NCBI GenBank assembly: GCA_021791245.1
Contig: JAJYWY010000007.1
Location: forward strand, 16,340 to 80,339
Direction of reading: 5' to 3'
DNA length: 64,000 nt
From: Candidatus Micrarchaeota archaeon
Lineage (GTDB): Archaea; Micrarchaeota; Micrarchaeia; Micrarchaeales; CABMGC01
Positions 60,491 to 64,000 of the stretch are shown piece after piece. Each line of letters starts with the position of its first letter. The first letter of the stretch is position 1. The notes under the pieces are model-generated. The model had not been told where the DNA came from, searched no databases, and saw only the letters and a list, made by a program, of their open reading frames with translations. The position numbers were made by a program, and so were the translations under genes.

Positions 60491-60603
60491 GGGCTCGTAG
60501 CTCAGCCTGGTCAGAGCGCTGGTCTTATAACAAACTTCTTAGGAAGAAGTTTGTCCATGAATAAGAAAGCCAGATGCCGAGAGTTCAAATCTCTCCGGGC
60601 CCA
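60491..60603 (+). tRNA. tRNA-Ile-like, apparent anticodon UAU, with a ~38-nt intron after position 37
   Basis: GGGCTCG-TA-GCTC..GAGC-G-CTGGT-CTTATA[intron CAAACTTCTT-AGG-AAGAAGTTTG...]A-GCCAG-ATGCC-GAGAG-TTCAAAT-CTCTC-CGGGCCC-A. Confidence 0.7.
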
Positions 60604-61478
60604 AATCAGCATTAACGAGAGAAAACAGTAAGTCCGAAAACGGAAAAGCAAGCAAAAGGAAAACTCGAATTCTTGAAAAATCTGAACTCGAAGAGCTAAA
60701 AACAGATTTGCAGAGAATTCTGCCAACATTGGCAAAGCACAATGTTGAAGACCTTCGCACTCTAATACACCAAAGTTACGTAAAGCGTTTCAAGAGAAGC
60801 CGTATCCCAAAATACGGCAACCTGAACAAAGGCTTTACGGAATACGAATTGCAGAGGTTCTTTAAGGCAATAGACAGCGACAAGTTCAGGATATTGTTCT
60901 CTTGTCAGGCACAGTTGGGTCTTAGGATAGGCGAGGCTGTAAAGCTGAACGTCAAAAACATCAACTTCCAAACAAGAGAACTGACCTTAAAGACAGAAAA
61001 GGCAAGGATAATTGACACATTGCGCATCCCTGTCCAATTATTCAAACAGACCTTAGAGCTAATAAAAAGCAACGAAAAACGCATAGAAGAATCAGGCGGA
61101 TATATCTTCTTCAAAGACCGCAATAGCTCAAACAGGCTGCCATATCTGAAAATGGACTACGTACGAAACAGGTTCAGGCACTACATTGAGCTAGCGGATA
61201 TAGACCAAGTCTATGACATAAGCGATGAATCCTACTAAAGCCATGTCCCTAGAAGGCTCCACAGGCTCACTACGCACAGTCTACGCCACTATGCCATAAC
61301 CAGTTTCTCTAAGCAAACAAATGGCAACATAGTGCTAACCAGCAGGTTCGCAAGGCATTCCAAGCCTGATACAACCATGACCTACATAAACACGCGCAAG
61401 GAAGAGCTGTATGCGGAGCTGGATAACATGGCAATGGACAGCGTAGAAAGGCTCAAGCGTAGTATAATGCCAAAATAA
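60561..61478 (+). pseudogene. int: Tyrosine recombinase (SSV-type int(C)-like fragment) with an in-frame TAA at 61236-61238
   Basis: The frame is open from inside the tRNA. Motifs are box I GLRIGEAVKL, then after the TAA HSLRHYAIT, ARHSKPDTTMTY. There is no in-frame ATG before the fold; the first possible start is TTG 60708. Confidence 0.7.
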
Positions 61479-61524
61479 GCAGTTACGTGATCTCAGGATT
61501 CTTCAATAGTTAGCATCGAAAGCT

Positions 61525-61788
61525 CTACGCTTTAAAACACGTGCTACATTCCCAATGCTCTACAAGTCTTGGTTTTGCATTTTTATCGTATTCTTTGTTT
61601 GCTATCTTTTCAGTTATGAACTCAGGTTTCCAACTAATAAACTTATGAAAATATCTATCAGTTTTCTTGTAATTCATATTCGTTTTCCCATAATAGTACC
61701 AATCCTTTCCGATTATCTTGCGTGTTTTATCATCAACTTCTACATAGCCCTTTAACCCGCAGATTGCACACGATATTTTATGTTTCAT
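61525..61788 (-). CDS. Cys4 zinc-ribbon protein, unknown function
   Basis: CAICG near the N-terminus and CSTC at the C-terminus, 87 aa. Confidence 0.45.
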   Translation of the reverse strand: MKHKISCAICGLKGYVEVDDKTRKIIGKDWYYYGKTNMNYKKTDRYFHKFISWKPEFITEKIANKEYDKNAKPRLVEHWECSTCFKA

Positions 61789-61821
61789 TTAAGCAGCCTC
61801 ATTACTGCCGTCATCTGCCGT

Positions 61822-62028
61822 TTATAGATACTTTTCAATGTCTTCCCATTTCAGGCCAGTTTGCCTCAGTATCCTGTTCACTATTTGTTGTCTTAGTTCC
61901 TTCTGAGCTATCTGAATCACCGTATGGTGCTCCTTTTCATCCCACAGGACAACATGATCACCTTTCCCCTGCCTTGCAGAGAATCCATAGTGCTCTTGCA
62001 GTATCTTGAGCAATTTGAGTGGTTTCAC
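61822..62028 (-). CDS. hicA: HicA-family mRNA interferase toxin
   Basis: 68 aa with ...GFSARQGKGDHVVLW...IVNRILRQTGL, the YcfA/HicA pattern. Confidence 0.7.
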   Translation of the reverse strand: MKPLKLLKILQEHYGFSARQGKGDHVVLWDEKEHHTVIQIAQKELRQQIVNRILRQTGLKWEDIEKYL

Positions 62029-62054
62029 AGGTCTGAGCGCACCTATAAAATCAC

Positions 62055-62279
62055 CTAGCTTCTAGCGATTAGACTTCTTAGTATAGGCGACTTCATTTCC
62101 TTGCGATTGTTCTTTTCCAGTAGAAATTCGACAGCCGTATCTACCGCGTCCTTCAGTTCGCTCTCAAGTTCGCGGAGGCTTTTAGCCTGATCTTGAACGT
62201 GCAATTCATCAATTACCCCTATGAACCACTTTCCATCTTTGTGAACATCTGCCTTGAATCCGTATATCTCCATCTTCAT
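62055..62279 (-). CDS. hicB: HicB-like antitoxin (N-terminal HicB fold only)
   Basis: MKMEIYGFKADVHKDGKWFIGVIDELHVQDQAKSLRELESELKDAVDTAVEFLL. The ORF extends to 62402, but the upstream part looks non-coding. Confidence 0.6.
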   Translation of the reverse strand: MKMEIYGFKADVHKDGKWFIGVIDELHVQDQAKSLRELESELKDAVDTAVEFLLEKNNRKEMKSPILRSLIARS

Positions 62280-62407
62280 GTCTATCTCTTTAGATATATG
62301 GCAGCCACAGGTATAAAATGTTTCGCTTCTGATAACGCTCCTCTTCATAAGTATGGAACGCAACTCTACATGAAAACAGGACGTAGGGAGTATTTTACCC
62401 ATACGTA

Positions 62408-62705
62408 GGGAGTTTTTTGGCCCTTTCTAGCAGGCTTTTAGGTCGTTTTCCCTCGTAAAACTCCCCCTCAGTCGTGGAACGACCATTTTGTCACGATTTT
62501 GCTAAAAGTATGTAGAGTGAGCCTTCAGCCCGCCATTAAACGCTGCCTTCGGCAGCGAAACGGCGGGCTTCGGCTCTCTATTTCAGCAGCCGTTTTGACC
62601 CCCTACACAAAACGGCGTAAAGGTTCCTTGAACTGCCAAGTTGTTGGCTTAGAGGGAGCCCCTCATTTTGCGAAGCAAAATAGAGCTGGGCGACCCCAAG
62701 GAATA
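62408..62705. ncRNA. Candidate structured RNA (or structured DNA element): a GC-rich multi-helix island of unknown family and undetermined strand
   Basis: Nested helices 62519-62576 (GAGCC/GGCTC, GCCCGCC/GGCGGGC, CGCTGCC/GGCAGCG). Hairpins at 62589-62616, 62652-62664 and 62665-62681. Long-range pairs 62624-62630/62697-62703 and 62408-62416/62457-62465. Confidence 0.45.
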
Positions 62706-62714
62706 GAGATATGA

Positions 62715-63512
62715 CTAGGTCGAGAATATGTATGTCCATGACTGGGCTTCAGTAGAAGTGCCATCGCATGGTGTGGGGCTTAAGGAGGAGATTGTGCCTG
62801 CTTGTACACTGCCAAGCGTTACAACTACTGTGCATACTTCTGCGCCAGTAAGACCTGTGTTCTGATAGAAATCGAAAGTTACTGTGGCTCCCGAAGCTAT
62901 TGCACCTCCAGTATTTCCATAAGCACCGTTTATAGTGTATGTACAGGCTCCACCGAAGAGACCACAAGAAACAGTATCAGTAAAAGTGCCTGCGAGATGT
63001 GGCACTTGGTAACTACTCAACTGGCTTTGTAGGCTTGATATTTCATTATTGTCAGCAGAGAGCTGACTGCTGCTACTGCCACTTTGGGAAGACAGAGAAC
63101 TTACTTCGTTATTAAGATTTTGAACTTGGTTCTGTAAGCTACTAATCTGGGAAGCATCATTGTTTATTGCAGCCTGATCTGTACTTATTGTTGAGCCATC
63201 AGAAGATACTTGATTGTTTAGACCTGCGATTGTGCTGTTTTGAGTCGAAACTTCATTGTTCAAAGAGGAAATATGTGAATTAGCAGAAGAGAGTTGCGCA
63301 GTTGTATTAGACAACTGACCTTGGGTTGTAGAGAGACTACTGTTTAGGAGTAATGCGTATATTATTGCTAGAACAACGACCACAGCCAATATACCTATGA
63401 CTATATTTTTTGTGTTAGAAGGCGAAGAACTAGCATGTGTAGTATGATGAACCTTTGGTTCTTCTTGCTCAGAAGTATCTTGGAGAGGTTTCTTTGAAGC
63501 CATTAAATCCAA
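62715..63512 (-). CDS. Membrane-anchored Ser/Asn/Gln-rich coiled-coil repeat protein with a Cys-containing C-terminal globular domain
   Basis: TM segment IVIGILAVVVVLAIIYALLL, then repeats of the type ISSLNNEVSTQNSTIAGLNNQVSS / ISSLQNQVQNLNNEVSSLSS / ISSLQSQLSS. Confidence 0.55.
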   Translation of the reverse strand: MDLMASKKPLQDTSEQEEPKVHHTTHASSSPSNTKNIVIGILAVVVVLAIIYALLLNSSLSTTQGQLSNTTAQLSSANSHISSLNNEVSTQNSTIAGLNNQVSSDGSTISTDQAAINNDASQISSLQNQVQNLNNEVSSLSSQSGSSSSQLSADNNEISSLQSQLSSYQVPHLAGTFTDTVSCGLFGGACTYTINGAYGNTGGAIASGATVTFDFYQNTGLTGAEVCTVVVTLGSVQAGTISSLSPTPCDGTSTEAQSWTYIFST

Positions 63513-63590
63513 TTAGCATTAGGCATAAATATTTAAATATGTTTAAACATAGGACATATCATAACCTTATAATATAATGAGATGTCATAG

Positions 63591-63806
63591 ATGCGTGGCG
63601 AAGAGATACAGAAGAGGATAATTGATTATCTAAAAGAGCAGGAGTGGCCTTGCACTACGGAAGATATAGCTAGAGGCGTAAACATAAGCTGGAATACTGC
63701 CGAAATACATTTAGTTAGACTTCAGATGAAAGACAAAGTAAAATTTAGGAAAGTAGGCAGACAAAATCAGTGGTGGGCAAATAAGAACTATAAAAATAAC
63801 ATGTAA
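63591..63806 (+). CDS. 71-aa winged-helix DNA-binding protein
   Basis: IIDYLKEQEWPCTTEDIARGVNISWNTAEIHLVRLQMKDKVKFRKVGRQNQW is a typical small wHTH of archaeal viruses and plasmids. Confidence 0.6.
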   Translation: MRGEEIQKRIIDYLKEQEWPCTTEDIARGVNISWNTAEIHLVRLQMKDKVKFRKVGRQNQWWANKNYKNNM

Positions 63807-63820
63807 GGGCAGGTGACAAT

Positions 63821-64000
63821 ATGGCACAAGAACCATCGCCTTATGAAATGATAGAGGCGATATTAAGATTGGACGATACTTACAAAATATTTGTATTGAG
63901 TGCATTGTATGCGATCTTCTTGTATAGCATACTATTTATCGGAATAGACATAACTCCTGAAGGCATTTACACCTTGACTATAAACACTTTTATAATGGCT
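63821..64000 (+). CDS. Partial ORF (5' part) encoding a membrane protein; it runs off the right edge
   Basis: AGGTGA sits 5 nt upstream of ATG 63821. The product starts MAQEPSPYEMIEAILRLDDTYKIFVLSALYAIFLYSILFIGIDI... and has no stop before nt 64000. Confidence 0.45.
   Translation, partial: MAQEPSPYEMIEAILRLDDTYKIFVLSALYAIFLYSILFIGIDITPEGIYTLTINTFIMA

Larger units (their letters stand above)
60491..64000. mobile_element. Left border and first ~3.5 kb of a tRNA-integrated element (provirus or integrated plasmid); the right border lies beyond the window
   Basis: A tRNA is followed by the integrase frame, a zinc-ribbon ORF, HicB/HicA, a small wHTH protein and a coiled-coil membrane protein. Core genes stop at SRP54. 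Confidence 0.6.

Noticed and set aside
62499-62714. The 71-aa ORF (MLKVCRVSLQPAIKRCLRQRNGG...) as a protein-coding gene
   Set aside because: Its Arg/Gly/Ala/Leu-rich composition is typical of translated GC-rich non-coding sequence. It has no RBS, and the region is densely self-complementary. It is better explained as a structured RNA or DNA element.
1-64000. CRISPR arrays, rRNA genes, reverse transcriptases (retron/DGR) and restriction-modification or other classical defence genes
   Set aside because: Reading both strands, I found no regularly spaced direct repeats, no rRNA-like conserved blocks, and no RT, Cas, methyltransferase or nuclease-helicase defence signatures. The only toxin-antitoxin module seen is HicB/HicA in the integrated element.

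Overview
This is an AT-rich, tightly packed archaeal chromosome segment. Archaeal markers include the PolD large subunit, PCNA, GINS, TFE, aIF2-alpha, L44e, L41e, Kae1/Bud32, SRP54, an A1:U72 initiator tRNA and intron-containing tRNAs. The gene content fits an acidophile-type DPANN (Micrarchaeota-like) or Thermoplasmata-like lineage, but I cannot assign a species without a search. About 70 genes are supportable. They cover replication and topology (polD-L, pcn, GINS, gyrB-gyrA with a LAGLIDADG intein, an Lhr-type helicase) and translation or RNA functions (cysS, aIF2a, L44e, L41e, the RNase P Rpp21 subunit, DRG GTPase, KEOPS, six tRNAs). They also cover nucleotide-sugar metabolism and many sequon-rich secreted or membrane-anchored proteins. 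No rRNA genes or CRISPR arrays were seen. The clearest accessory region is the right end (about 60.5-64 kb). There an intron-containing tRNA-Ile(UAU) is followed by an integrase frame that reads out of the tRNA and carries an in-frame TAA. It is followed by a zinc-ribbon protein, HicB/HicA, a GC-rich multi-helix non-coding island, a repeat-rich coiled-coil membrane protein and a small wHTH protein. Other items worth a second look are an orphan 943-aa double metallophosphoesterase/coiled-coil protein between polD-L and pcn, a tandem pair of uncharacterised paralogs ending inside tRNA-Asn, and an ankyrin plus transglutaminase-like gene pair. Four tRNAs also abut or overlap the 3' ends of protein genes. 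Several small genes fall below the ORF-track cutoff (L41e, a DUF5679-like zinc ribbon, a PadR-adjacent 50-aa protein). All family assignments come from motif recognition by eye. No database search or folding computation was run.
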